Below are positions 12,370 through 24,335 of a DNA stretch of 50,036 nucleotides, piece by piece. How positions within the stretch are numbered: position 1 is the stretch's first letter; every line of letters starts with the position of its first letter. The position numbers and the translations under genes are program-made. The notes under the pieces were generated by a model that worked only from the letters and a program-made list of their open reading frames with translations, was not told where the DNA came from and did not search any database. The stretch is from NCBI GenBank assembly GCA_002189035.1, contig NEEC01000066.1:1-50036 (forward strand), given 5' to 3'. Source of the stretch: Utricularia gibba. Lineage: Eukaryota; Plantae; Magnoliophyta.

Positions 12370-12790
12370 TTTGCTCTGCTCCCACCTTCAAATACTTGAG
12401 AGCATCTGGACGATTGATCTCCAACTTTTTCAGTTTGCTAAATCGCCCTGGGGACAGATTGCACCATTCCTCATTCACAAATGTGCAAGCCGAGAATCGC
12501 AGCTCCTCGAGATTGCACAACTCAATAATAAAGTGCCACAGAGATTCAATTTCTTGAGCAAACTTGGGAGGGGGGATCCATCCCATGCCGCCCTCATTCT
12601 TATGACCTTCAGATTTGGATGAAAGAGTTTAGATGCAGGATGGAATCTTGGGTTTGGAGGAAGGAGGAACGAGCGTTCTTGTTGCTGTGCTTTGTCAAAT
12701 CTGCTTTGATACTCGATTACATCACTGTAATTATTCCTTCCCGCATCATATCTTTGCATACCCATCATCATCATTTCAAGCAATGCAGCG
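12370..12790 (-). pseudogene. NLR LRR fragment fused directly to NLR upstream sequence (copy 1)
   Basis: LLEMMM...PNLKVIRMRAAWDGSPLPSLLKKL and LEELRFSACTFVNEEWCNLSPGRFSKLKKLEI, with an internal deletion/frameshift. It is preceded by sequence (12790-12920) matching the upstream region of the NLR at 47190-47310. Confidence 0.8.
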
Positions 12791-13237
12791 TCTGTGAATG
12801 ATTGAGTCAAGAGGAAGCTCCCGCTCTCCAATATTCGTCTTTTTCTACCTTATCAACAAACAGCAGCCACATGTGTTTGAAAAAATGTTCACACAAATAA
12901 TTGGTACGGACTCATTTCAAGCAATAGAAAATTCCAAACGTTCGTTGAGTTTGATTGAGTTCTTTATTCTCCTTATTAAGAATTTTTATTGATATACATT
13001 ATATAAAAATAATGATACTTGTATTATATAGTTTGCATGTAAGCACTAGATTGTGATTGTGATTATTTATTTATCTTCTTTTATTTTTATTTTCATGTAT
13101 TATATAGATCTGGCTTCACACGCTGCCTGCCTTTGCCAAAGATGATCAACTACTCCATTTGCTGTCTTCTTGTGGTATTACATCATTGTAGTCACGCCCA
13201 TCTCCATCGCATCCTTCCATGCTCATCATCATTGTTT

Positions 13238-13658
13238 TTAACACTGCAAACCCATCAGGGCTCCTCTGAGCAGGAATCTGCATCCTCTTCCTTCTTCTTC
13301 TTCTTCTTCTTCTTCTTCTTCTTCTTCTTCTTCTTCTTCTTCTTCTTCTTCTTCTTCTTCTTCTTCTTCTTCCTCCAATGTCAACAATTTATCACCAACC
13401 ATGACATAGAAGTCCTCATCTGCCCAATCATACCTCCTTTCTCTTAATATTTTCTTGGCTGCTATAATGGTCGAGGCTCTGCAATGCCTTAACTGAATTG
13501 ACGATAGCGTTGTAATATTGCATGTAATCTCACAGATATTGCTCCTCCCACTTATTTGAAGACTTAGTAGCTGGGGAAATTGCTCTTTTTCCACTTTCAA
13601 GGACTTGAGACCACATGGATAATGAATCCTTAATTCTTTCAGTTTGGTAAATTTTCCT
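13238..13658 (-). pseudogene. NLR terminal LRR module with poly-Glu tail, 5'-truncated (copy 1)
   Basis: KFTKLKELRIHYPCGLKSLKVEKEQFPQLLSL...WADEDFYVMVGDKLLTL(E)n. Same sequence as the 3' end of the NLR at 36330-36747. Confidence 0.85.
13285..13373. repeat. (TTC)n microsatellite encoding poly-Glu on the minus strand
   Basis: About 29 TTC units seen directly. Sister copies at ~24830-24918 and ~36377-36462 differ in length and phase. Confidence 0.95.
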
Positions 13659-13782
13659 ATATATAACTTTCACCAAATGAAACATATCATTCAATAATAC
13701 GTAAATTGATAACAAAATCATGTCCTATCATTTTCCCATGGATTTCAAACAATTTAACAAAAAGTATACTTTGATGGATTTT

Positions 13783-16700
13783 TTAAAAATTTAACACTTC
13801 TTTTTTTTCTTTTTCTTCATCTTCTTCTTCCTCCAATGTCAATAACTTGTCATTAACCATGACATAGAAGTCCTCATCTGCCCAATCATACCTCCTTTCT
13901 CTTAATATCTTCTTGGCTGATCTAATGATCGTGGCTTGGCAACTCCGTAAATGAATTGATGATAGCGTTGTAATATTACATGTAATATCACAAATATCGT
14001 CCCGCACTCCTACTATTCGAAGAGTTAGTAGCTGGGGAAATTGCTCTTCTTCCACTTTCAAGGACTTCAGACCAATCGGACAAAGAATCACTAAGTGTTT
14101 CAATTTGGTAAATTGTCCTTCGGACAGATTGCACCAATCCTCATTTTCAAATTTGCAGAAATTGAATTCCAGCACCTCCAGATTGTGCAACTCCATAATC
14201 GTTCTCGTTCGAGCTTCATCAATTAAAATGTGACAGAGTTCCAATTCCCTGAGCAAACTTGGAAGGGGGATCCATCCCATTCATTGCACATCCTTATGAC
14301 CTTCAGATTTGGAAATCGGACTGCAGTATTAGAATACCGTTTGGGCATAGGAGACCCTTCTCTATAGCCAATCATCCTTCTTTCAAAGAGGAAAAAGTGT
14401 TCTCGTTGCCGGTCTTTGTGAAATCCACTTAGATACTTGATTACGTCTTTGTAACTACGCCATGTCATGTCATATAGTTGTGTACACATCATCATTTCAA
14501 GCAATGGAAACTCTTCATCTTCCAATCCTTCTCTAAAGAAAAGCATAGAAGGTCTACAAATCTGCCAAACTCTCTTTGACCAATCAAACTGCATCCTTCC
14601 ATCCATCTCTACATAAAAGTTGTTATCCCCAAACTCCGCTTCTTCTCCAATATTTCCATCGCCCATTGGACAGTAGACTCTCCACAACCTTCCAATCTGA
14701 TCGACTGCAAGGATGAATCATCACAAATATAAAAGGATGCATAAGGAACATTGTGTAGCCAAAGCCTTTCAAGTCGAGGACAATCAATCTCAAGACGACG
14801 ATTCCCGCCATAGTCAGAAAGCCAACAATTCCCCCCATAGTCAGAAATTCCCAAGTATCTCAAACTATGTGATCCTACTAGGGTGTTTCCTAGATAGCAA
14901 AATCGGAGAGCCAAATGCTCAAGATTAGGCATATCCCGAATAGCACTTTGGATTGACTCCGTGAAGCCATCACAACATATTCCCAATCTCTTGATCGATT
15001 TGGGCAAGGAAGGTTTATCCGAAACATACATCCTGGAATCTATACCAATTAATTGTTCCAGCACCATGTCCTCCTCATCTTGATTAGGCAAATCATCTAA
15101 AAATTTAAGTTGTGGCATCATCCTACATGAGTGTTTTTCATAACCAAAATACTGATGAACATTCCATAGCAGATTTCCTGGAAAATGATATTGCGCAAGT
15201 GATTCAAAAGGAATAATATCCTTATTCATTCCATGAAAATGCAGAACATTGATTTCTTCACACCCAGATATGTTGCTAACTGAGAAAGTAGGATGCAGAA
15301 GCACTCCATAAATAAAGAGCTCCATTGCGACCACCTTGTTGCATTCAAGGCAAAGTTGTGTGTACATATAATCGTTAGTTATCATAGAATGTATCTTATG
15401 AAAGATTCTGCCGTAACAGGGCCTTGTACTACTACTGCTCATGGGGACAATGTGACAAAACCCCATAAAATAAGTAGTGGAGCAATCCACACATCTCATC
15501 GCTTGAATATTGACAGACGATTTCTTTTTTCTAAGGAAAAATATATCCATTCCTACTGCCACGCCACACACACATTCTCAATAGATGATTCCTTCCGACA
15601 TAGCTCAAGCAATAGATCATGCACTCCAATAGATTCAACTTCCATTAAATCATTATATTTCCTAAAAAACACCATGTTCCTTCCAATAATATCTTCCAAG
15701 TAATCTAACGCAATCTCCTCCATCCTCGATCTTTTTCCGGTCTTATTATTGCCCAACAATCCATGACCGTATTAAATCACCAACGTGGATAACTTCATCT
15801 TCAGCATAATATGAAAAACTAAGAAAGCATAATTTGAGATGAAGCGGAAGGTTATCATAGCTCAAGTATAATGTTTTCATACAACGCTCATCATCTTCCA
15901 AACTCAATAAGGATGTAACAGCATCTGCAACATTCCTCCAGAATTGCAAACTCATGTCAGATTTTGAGAGAAGCCCACTGATTGTGACAATTGATAAAGG
16001 AAGTCCTTTGCAATTTCGAGCGATCTCTCTTCCGATTCCTTGGAGCTCATCCGGACATGTGACTTTTTTAGACAATAATTCCCAACTTGCCTCTTCATCT
16101 AATAAATCCATTTGGTGAATAAGTGCAGGGGAAAGAGATTTAGCAACACTTAACTCCCTTGTGGTCACAATAATCCGACTTCTGTTATTCCTATTAGGAA
16201 AGTGTACTACTAATTCTTCCCAAGCTTTAGGACTCCATAAATCATCCAATGCGATCAAGTACCTATAATCAAATAGCTTATGATATAACATAGTCCCCAA
16301 ATCTCTTACCTCTTGAGTTATCCCCAAATCTCTTATCTCTTGAGTGTTTTTATCACCTACCATATCTTGAAGTATTTTTCGTACATCATATTCCTGAGAA
16401 ACAATGACCCAATAGTGTTTGTCGAAGTGATTCCTAGTCACTGAAAAATCCTCATAAACTTTTCGTGCTAAAGCCGTTTTTCCACTACCAACCATGCCGA
16501 CGATGGTTGTAACCTATAGAGCTTTGACATGATTGATAAGTTTTTTCCTTATCTTTTGAAGGGGACACTCAATTCCCACTAGAGTTGCTTCCTTTGCCTT
16601 CTTATTTGGAAGATGATCCCCTTCCTCCTTGGTACTCCTCAAGGAGCTTGATGATTCTTCCCGAATACTTGCTGGTTGGAGTGTCATCATTTTTAGTTCT

Positions 16701-17056
16701 TCACTCAAAAGGTCAATATCTCGATTGATATCAAGCATGGCTTTGCTAAATTCTTCCCCACCAAGATGAATATCATGCACTTTTTGATCAACAACATTAT
16801 AATCAAGGATATTACTGCAATCGAAGGCATAATTGTTGAATCTTTGACACATGTCTCTTACCTCTCGAGTCACATCCCTTGACTTGAGGCTTTCCAGTAA
16901 CTTCATCCAAGAACGAATCTTGTCTTCAAAATCACAGATCTGCTTTAGATCAACTGCTAGCAGTTTATTGTTGTGGTGCACCTGCACGGATTGGAGAAGC
17001 TGCAAAAGACGTAGCGCAGAGTAATAAGCAGATACCATTCCTGGATCCTCTTCCAT
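13783..17056 (-). pseudogene. CC-NB-ARC-LRR (NLR-A, copy 1), disrupted
   Basis: CC from ATG 17056. P-loop GMVGSGKT, RNBS-A FDKHYWVIVSQ, kinase-2 LIALDDLW, RIIVTTR, CKGLPL, VHDLL, then LRRs. Lesions: in-frame TAG at 16514-16516, 5-nt duplication at ~15560, 1-nt deletion at ~14265, plus copy-specific 1-nt indels. Confidence 0.92.
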
Positions 17057-17741
17057 CGCCAATCACCAAACAAGATTAGTGACTGATTGGGTGCTGATCT
17101 GTAATTCTGCCCTGTATAGAAGAAAGATGTACCCCCAGAAATACTCCCCAGTTTTGCATATAAGAAGAAATAGGTTCCTTGGAATGAAGAGAAGCTATGG
17201 GTTGCAAATGACTTGACTCAAGTCTTCTACTCATCTTCACACGTCTCTGGTATCTTATCTCTGAAAATTTTATCACCAAATAGCAGCCAATTATTGTGAA
17301 AGAAGAGAAGCCAGGGACTCGGTCAAGATACATATTTCTTAAAGGAAAAATGGGGATCAATTCATATTAATCAATTATTTGCTCTGTATCAGTTGCTGTC
17401 AGTAGTTCACATTGCTGGTTCAGTTGTACGGTCCCAAGAAGCTGTACAAGACGAAGCACAGACTAAAAATCAGCTGATGCTAATAGTTTCTCACCCTCTG
17501 TTTCCATCGCTCATCACCACCATCAACAACAGCAAGTTATGGCTCTGCAACGTCATCGATAAATTTAGAAGAATAATGTATTTCATTTAAACTGTCACTA
17601 AAGAACATGCTTCTCATCCAATAAGCAAACCCCAACTGTATAGTGTAGTATTCCAATGCGACTGACAGCATTAAAACATAGACGATGAGATATTCAATTT
17701 AATTTACAAAGAATAATGTATTTTTGGCACATTTTGTAAAT

Positions 17742-18090
17742 TCAAGATGAACATTTGTGCTTCAAGTTGTCCATAAGCTGATCGAAGTTCCGATGGGAAG
17801 CACCACGCATGATGTTCTTCACACCTTCCGCGTTCTGCTTCAATTCATTGCTGGCAAACAGCCTCTTGATCTTTTCTGCGACTTCCCTTCTATCAAGAAA
17901 GTTGCCATCGCAGATATCCAGCCCGATACTCCAGCCTTCAACTACCAGCTTCCTGTTAGTGACCTTCGTCGAATTCCATCCGTTGCATGTCAAGAATCTT
18001 CCCACTCTCATTCAGAGTATTCCCATCTTTGGAGAAAACGCCAGTCCTAAGAACCAAAATGAAGTCCACTTCAAACATTCATCTTCGGAA
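17742..18090 (-). pseudogene. UDP-glycosyltransferase C-terminal fragment with a deleted PSPG box (copy 1)
   Basis: DFILVLRTGV...VGRFLTCNGWNST/KVTNRKLVVEGWSIGLDICDG..DRREVAEKIKRL...GASHRNFDQL. The LES...DQ part of the PSPG motif is missing. Confidence 0.75.
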
Positions 18091-18120
18091 TAGAAAGGAT
18101 TTTACTATTTTCAGATTGGA

Positions 18121-18543
18121 TTAAATACAGAAATTACAAAGAAAAAAAAACTTGAAAAGCATTTGTCTCCATCGCCATCCAACCACTTCCTCCTTGGTGC
18201 TCCTGGAGGAACTAGATGATTCTTCCCGAATGCTCATTAGTTCTTCTATCAACATCACTAATTCTTCATAGAAAGTATGCACAGCTATACCAAACTCAAC
18301 GCCATACACTCCACACTTTTGATCAACAACGTGATAGTCGATCATGTTACTCCAGTTGAAGGCACAATGGCTGAACCTTTGCAACAGGGCTTTTATACCT
18401 GGGGTAATTGCCATGAGACTTTCCAATAATTCTATCCAAGCATGAATCTTGTCTCGAAAACCATGTATCTGCTCCATATCAACGGCAAGCAGTTTATATT
18501 TGTTGTGCACTTGCAAGGATTCAAGAAGCTGCAGGAGATGCAT
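18121..18543 (-). pseudogene. CC-only NLR fragment whose 5' end is replaced by a copia LTR (copy 1)
   Basis: LLQLLESLQVHNKYKLLAVDMEQIHGFRDKIHAWIELLESL...EESSSSSRSTKEEVV is highly similar to the CC of the NLR at 47060. Homology stops at ~18538. Confidence 0.8.
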
Positions 18544-21035
18544 GATAGGATATCTCGAGACCAACCCAGAACCAGTGTAAACCAGATTAACTAAATCGCC
18601 TAATCTTGCAAGAAAATGAGTCAAGGGGGTCGATCAGAACACAGAAATTTTAACGAGGAAAACCCAAATGGGAAAAACCTCGGGTGCTTCCACACCAGGA
18701 CGAAAAACTCTCCACTATCACCGCAAAATTACAGGAACAAGAACAATTCCAAGCAAGATTCAGAATCTGACAATCACAGCATGATTCTGAATCTGTACAA
18801 GCATAGTACCCGCTGCACCTGAGTCAAAGCACCTATGTGTAACGCTATGTGAGAGCTTCAGAACGTTGATCGTCCTTCTCCAGATTTTTTCATCTGATCC
18901 TGAAGCATTGGTGATACCCCTTTAGTACCCGAGTTGTCCAGTTTTTTTGGAACCGCAGTCTACTTAACCAGTGCAGAGTTCATAACCGTTTGATAGTTAT
19001 CCTTAGCAGGCCGGGTCCTTGGATGGGTCAGCTAGATACGGGCCAGGTCGACCCATATGTATTTGAGACGGCCCACTACAAATCTCCGTCTCCAGCTGAG
19101 CTCATCCGGGGCAGAGTCTTTATTTACAAATGCCTGCAGGACATGAATTTTCCTGATGGTAGTAATTTGGTCAAAGCATCTGCAACATTCTTTTCAGTCT
19201 CTATTTTCTGTAGCTCAACTTCATTGTCTTCCAATACTTCTCTGATCCAGTGCCACCTTTGATCAATGTGCCACCTTTGATCAATGTGCTTAGTTCTAGC
19301 ATGGAAAGTAGAGTTCTTATTGAGTTGGATTGCACTCTGGCTATCACAGAACACAGTTGGTTTCTTATCCAGAAAACCAATCTCGGTCAGGAACCTTCCA
19401 GTCCAAAGCGCCTCTTTCAATGCTTCAATCAATGCCATGTATTCAGATTCGGTGGTTGACAAGGCCACAGTTTTTTGGAGTTTCGAACTCCAGGTTACAA
19501 CACCCCCTCCCATGATAGTGATCAGACCGGTGGTTGATTTTCTTGTGTCTGGTTCCCCTCCAAGATCAGCATCCACATACACTTTAAATGCTATATCTTC
19601 TCCACCATAGCACAACTTATAGTCTTTGGTTCCCTTCATATATCTCATCATCCATTTGACACCATCCCAGTGTAGTTTTCCAGGGTCAGCTAGGAACCTG
19701 CTAACAGTACTTGCAGCAAAGCTGATATCAAGCCTCGTGCACACCATCAGATACATAATGGAACCCACAATGGAGGCATAGGGGACTCTGGCCATTAAAT
19801 TTCTTTCTAGTTCATCTTGTGGCCCCATTGCCTTTGAAAATTTTAGATGGCCTCGTAAAGGAGATATCACTATCTTAGCCTGTTCAACATTTGCCTTTTT
19901 CAGTATCTGATCAATGTAATCCCTTTGAGATAGAGCTAAGGTTGTTTGGGATCTGTTTCTGCTGATGTTAATTCCCAAAATCTTCCTAGCTGGTCCAAGA
20001 TCCTTCATACAAAATTCCTTTACCATCTGTTCTTTCAGCTCAACAATTCTGTGCCTGCAGGGACTAGCTACCAACATGTCATCCACGTAAAGCAACAAAA
20101 TTAAATAATCATTTTCACCATAATGTTTCCAGTAAGCACATTGATCTCCTGAGGATCTGTGGAAATTATTCTTGGCCATAAAGCTATCGAATTTTAAGTA
20201 GCACTGCCTTGGAGCTTGTTTAAGGCCATAGAGGCTCCTTTTTAATTTGCAAACAAGTTTCTCCTTGCCAGGTTCTTCAAATCCTTCCACTTGCTTCATA
20301 TAGATTTCTTCCAGCAGGTCTTCGTGTAGGAAGGCTATTTTGATGTCTAGTTGCTCAAGTTCCCAATCCAGGCAGGCTGTTAGTGACAGAATAATTCACA
20401 CAGTGGCCAGCTTAACCACGGGAGAAAAGATTTCTTCGAAATCCAGTCCAACCTTTTGCTTAAAACCTTTAACTACCACTCTTGCCTTATGTCTAATTGA
20501 TCCATCTGAGTTTAGCTTCAGTTTAAAAATCCATCGATTATCCAAGGCTTGTCTGCCTGCAAGAAGCACCATAAGATCATAAATGTTGTTGGCCCATATG
20601 GAATTCATCTCCTCATTCATGGCCTCCAACCATTTATCCTTATCGGGTAGAAGCATGGCTTTGGTCAGTGTTTCAGGTTCTCCTTGCTCTATCATCAACT
20701 CATATTCTTTTGCAGGGTATCTAGTTGATGGGATGGGTCTTCTTTCTGATCTTCTAGTCCTGAATTGATCCCTATCCATGTCAGGGTTATTCAATTCTCC
20801 AGAGTCCTGATCTTCACAGGGAGTTTTTGTCTCCAAATTCCTCAAGAATTCTGCTTCTGTTCTCAAGGGCAGTGAGACAAGTTGACTTCCTTCAGCAGCA
20901 GGGATGTCTAACACGGTTTGATCTTCGAAGAACTTTACATCTCTCGACCTTATCACTTTATTTCCAGCTGAATCCCATAGTCTATAGCCCATTTGATCCT
21001 CCCATAGCCTAATAGAACACACGGCTTGGATTCAT
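18539..21035 (-). mobile_element. 5'-truncated Ty1/copia retrotransposon: integrase C-terminus, RT, RNase H, PPT and 3' LTR (copy 1)
   Basis: GYRLWD, GSIRHKARVVVKGFKQKVGLDFEEIFSPVVK, LYGLKQAPR, LLLYVDDML, ALSTTESEY, RTKHID, NVADALTK. Purine tract followed by TGTAG at 19080. LTR ~18539-19080 with a GGTTTTTCCC..GGGTTTTCCTCGTTAAAA motif typical of copia LTRs. In-frame TGA at 20396. No gag or 5' LTR. Confidence 0.9.
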
Positions 21036-22059
21036 CCACAACCTGTGGATGCAACATGTCGTGAAGAAAAAGTTTGACTTAGAAATGATTGAAAAGTGGT
21101 GTGTGAGGCACTCGTTACGTCTTCTTAACAATTAACATGAAGTAAGCTTTTTTATACATATATATTTCTCATTTGCCATTAGAATATATGTCACTTTGAA
21201 TTATCTCTATATGTTGTAGTAGTCACTACATCTTTGCCATATTATGCAATCTTGGAGAGAAATACCAACAGTGTATTCTTATCTTGGATTCAATGCATAG
21301 CATGTCGAATCATATAACAATTAACTTTCGAAAGTAAGTAGTGTGTTTTAATACCTTGTGCTATATTGTGTTTTATTCTTAATCTCTGATAATATTTTTT
21401 ATATGCATGATCTATAGATTAGTGAATTCTATATTTAAAGTGAATGGTTGAGATGATGATTGTGTGAAGGAACTTGAGTTGTCTATTTTTTTGCCAGAGG
21501 TTCGTATGACTTTGTTAATATTATTTTTTCTCTTATTTTAACGTTAATCAATATATATGTCCCTAAATAAAAGGGTGCAACTGAGTGCAAGATTTATATG
21601 TTATACTATGTGTATTTTTTCTTCCAACAAGCTCCCAACCTTTATACTATTGAAATATGCCCTTTGTTTGTAAGTAATTATCAAAATTTATTATTTATTT
21701 TATTAGTAGATACTAAGTACTATTATGTTTCTATAGATCGTATATGATTGATTCGTTGAAGAAGATGTTTGTGAATTTACAGAATTGATGGAGATTCCTC
21801 GTCGATCTAGAAGCAGCCGGGTAAGTAAACCTTCCAAAAAAATGTAAACATTGAACTTGTTTGTTGATATGAGATTTTAGACTTCTTTATTTACCTTTGA
21901 CACTATTTATGCATAATATTTTTTTCTTTAAAATTTTTAAACAAATATCACATGAGCAATCATAATATGCTTATTTATATTTATGCAAACATCATATGAT
22001 AGTGTAAGGATCATGTCCTTCCTTAGACTTGTCTCGAGCATTTCTCAGTCCCAAGTCCA

Positions 22060-23174
22060 CACTGTTTATTAGCGCTCAATCTGAATTTCTTGTAAGTATA
22101 GAGCGCTAATAAACCTCAAGGCCACACGGGCATCCTTTTTATTTATTAGCGCTCGATCCAAATCATGTGGCCTTTCTCTTAGCGCTGGATTCTTACACAC
22201 GGTTCAGATCGAGCACTGATGAATCTGTAAGCAACACGGGCATGGTTTATGCGTAAACCACACCCGTGTGGCCTTGTCGCGCTGTTGGGTGTGCATATGG
22301 GTATCGTTTATGATACACGCTCGATTCGAATCATTTCTAAGGGTTGAATGCTAATAAAATTAAAAACTAAAAAACTTTCATATTTATTATATGGTTTAAT
22401 AAATAACATATTTACATTATTTATATTTTAAGAAACAAATATCTTATTTTTAAAATATTTTTTTTTGTAATTCTTGCATTTGTCATGTTATCGTATGTTT
22501 AGAAATAAATATGATGTATAAAAATGTTGATAATAATTTTAAATTCACATTGCAACGACATCATGAGTTCGAATCGTAGTGGGTTGATACAATGAATATT
22601 CGGATTGACTATTGTGCCCATATCTACAAGGCACTTATTGGTCAATATTTATTTCAAAAAGTATTCAATTTGTTTAAAATTTTGAAAAACTTTATAGGTT
22701 ATTTATGCCAATTCAATAAACTTATTAGATTAATTCTGTTAATTTGTCACACTTTATAGGTTAAATATGCGGATTTAACGAATCTTAAGGATCAACAATG
22801 TCAAATTATTAAACTGTAAAGGTCAAATATGTCAAATTATTGGGTTGAATATACTAACTGAATACTAAATATGGGATCAACAGTAAATTTATTGGGTCAA
22901 ACGGACTCCATTGTAAACTTTTATAACTTTTCATTGGGTCAAATATACCCCATTATAATATTTTATGAGTTAAAATATCAAAATTGAATTTTTTATGAGT
23001 CAAATATGTCATACAATAAATTTTTTACAGGTCAAATATATCATTTTGTAAATATTTTGGATCACATATGCGGAACTGGTATCGATTCAGATCAAATATG
23101 CCGAACTGATCATTTTGTTATGGGTCAAAAATGCTAAAATTTCAAAATTTTAGGTCACAAATGTCAACACCCTC
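22060..23174. mobile_element. Truncated, oppositely oriented member of the same MULE family (copy 1); AT-rich 21060-22060 may also belong to it
   Basis: 22340-23174 is a diverged reverse complement of ~8950-9800, ending ...AAATGTCAACACCCTC. The same palindromic motifs occur at 22060-22330. No second TIR found. Confidence 0.75.
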
Positions 23175-23315
23175 TTATCATCTTCCATATATTGAAGTAT
23201 TTTTCGTACATCATATTCTTGAGAAATAGTGATCCAATAGCATTTGTCGAAGTGCGTCCTAGTCACTGAAAAATCCTTGTAAACTTTTCGTGCTAAAGTT
23301 GTTTTGCCACTACCA
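23175..23315 (-). pseudogene. Isolated NB-ARC fragment, P-loop to RNBS-A (copy 1)
   Basis: GSGKTTLARKVYKDFSVTRTHFDKCYWITISQEYDVRKILQYMEDD, abutting the MULE terminus. Confidence 0.85.
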
Positions 23316-23914
23316 ATTTACAATGCCCCAGATGCGGAGTTGTGAAGCAGCATCCGTCTGCCGTCGCCATCGCCGGCAACTGCTTAATTCTTGGTGTAGT
23401 GCCGATCTGCAATAGTAGCTTCAGCAATGTGATCGCTTTGTAAAGGAAATGGAAACCGAAAGCATTCATCTTGGGAGTACTTCATGGATGTAGATAAATA
23501 AGATAATTTTGCTTTTATGTTCTATAAAGATAATCTTTTTTCCCAATTTATTTAATTGCATTTTCAACCCTTTTTATTATTGATTTTCCATTTGATTTAA
23601 AATAATGGTGCTTTTTATGTTTTCCAACTTTTTTTCTCTTTATAATTTTGTTGGGCTTGATGTTTTAAATTTAATAAATACAGTATCATCATCTTTACAT
23701 CAAAATAAGTTTCTCTAAAATATTTTTATATCACTTTCAATTTATTAATCAAAAATATTTTTTTCAAAACATCTCTTTAATAAAACATATTGATGTCTTA
23801 TTCATATATTTCTATTAAAACATTTTCCTATATATAACTTTCACCAAATGAAACATATCATTCAATAATACGTAAATTGATAACAAAATCATGTCCTATC
23901 ATTTTCCCATGGAT

Positions 23915-24335
23915 TTTGCTCTGCTCCCACCTTCAAATACTTGAGAGCATCTGGACGATTGATCTCCAACTTTTTCAGTTTGCTAAATCGCCCTGGGGAC
24001 AGATTGCACCATTCCTCATTCACAAATGTGCAAGCCGAGAATCGCAGCTCCTCGAGATTGCACAACTCAATAATAAAGTGCCACAGAGATTCAATTTCTT
24101 GAGCAAACTTGGGAGGGGGGATCCATCCCATGCCGCCCTCATTCTTATGACCTTCAGATTTGGATGAAAGAGTTTAGATGCAGGATGGAATCTTGGGTTT
24201 GGAGGAAGGAGGAACGAGCGTTCTTGTTGCTGTGCTTTGTCAAATCTGCTTTGATACTCGATTACATCACTGTAATTATTCCTTCCCGCATCATATCTTT
24301 GCATACCCATCATCATCATTTCAAGCAATGCAGCG
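23915..24335 (-). pseudogene. NLR LRR fragment fused to NLR upstream sequence (copy 2)
   Basis: Duplicate of 12370-12790. Confidence 0.8.

Larger units (their letters stand above)
11875..23418. repeat. Tandem segmental duplication, unit 1 (~11.55 kb)
   Basis: Identical ORFs recur at offsets of 11545-11547 (12332/23877/35424; 19124/30671; 20396/31942). The differences I saw are 1-nt homopolymer indels and (TTC)n length. Confidence 0.95.

Noticed and set aside
13133-13447. Poly-Phe/poly-Ser plus-strand ORFs (also 24678-24953 and 36225-36536)
   Set aside because: Antisense readings of the (GAA)n poly-Glu tract.
15293-15703. Plus-strand ORFs of 60-136 aa over NLR, copia and PPR coding regions
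   Set aside because: Shadow ORFs opposite recognisable coding sequence, with no motif support.
8950-23174. A single 14-kb Pack-MULE carrying the NLR
   Set aside because: The 8950 arm already has its own partner and TSD at 11373, and no TSD is shared with 23174.
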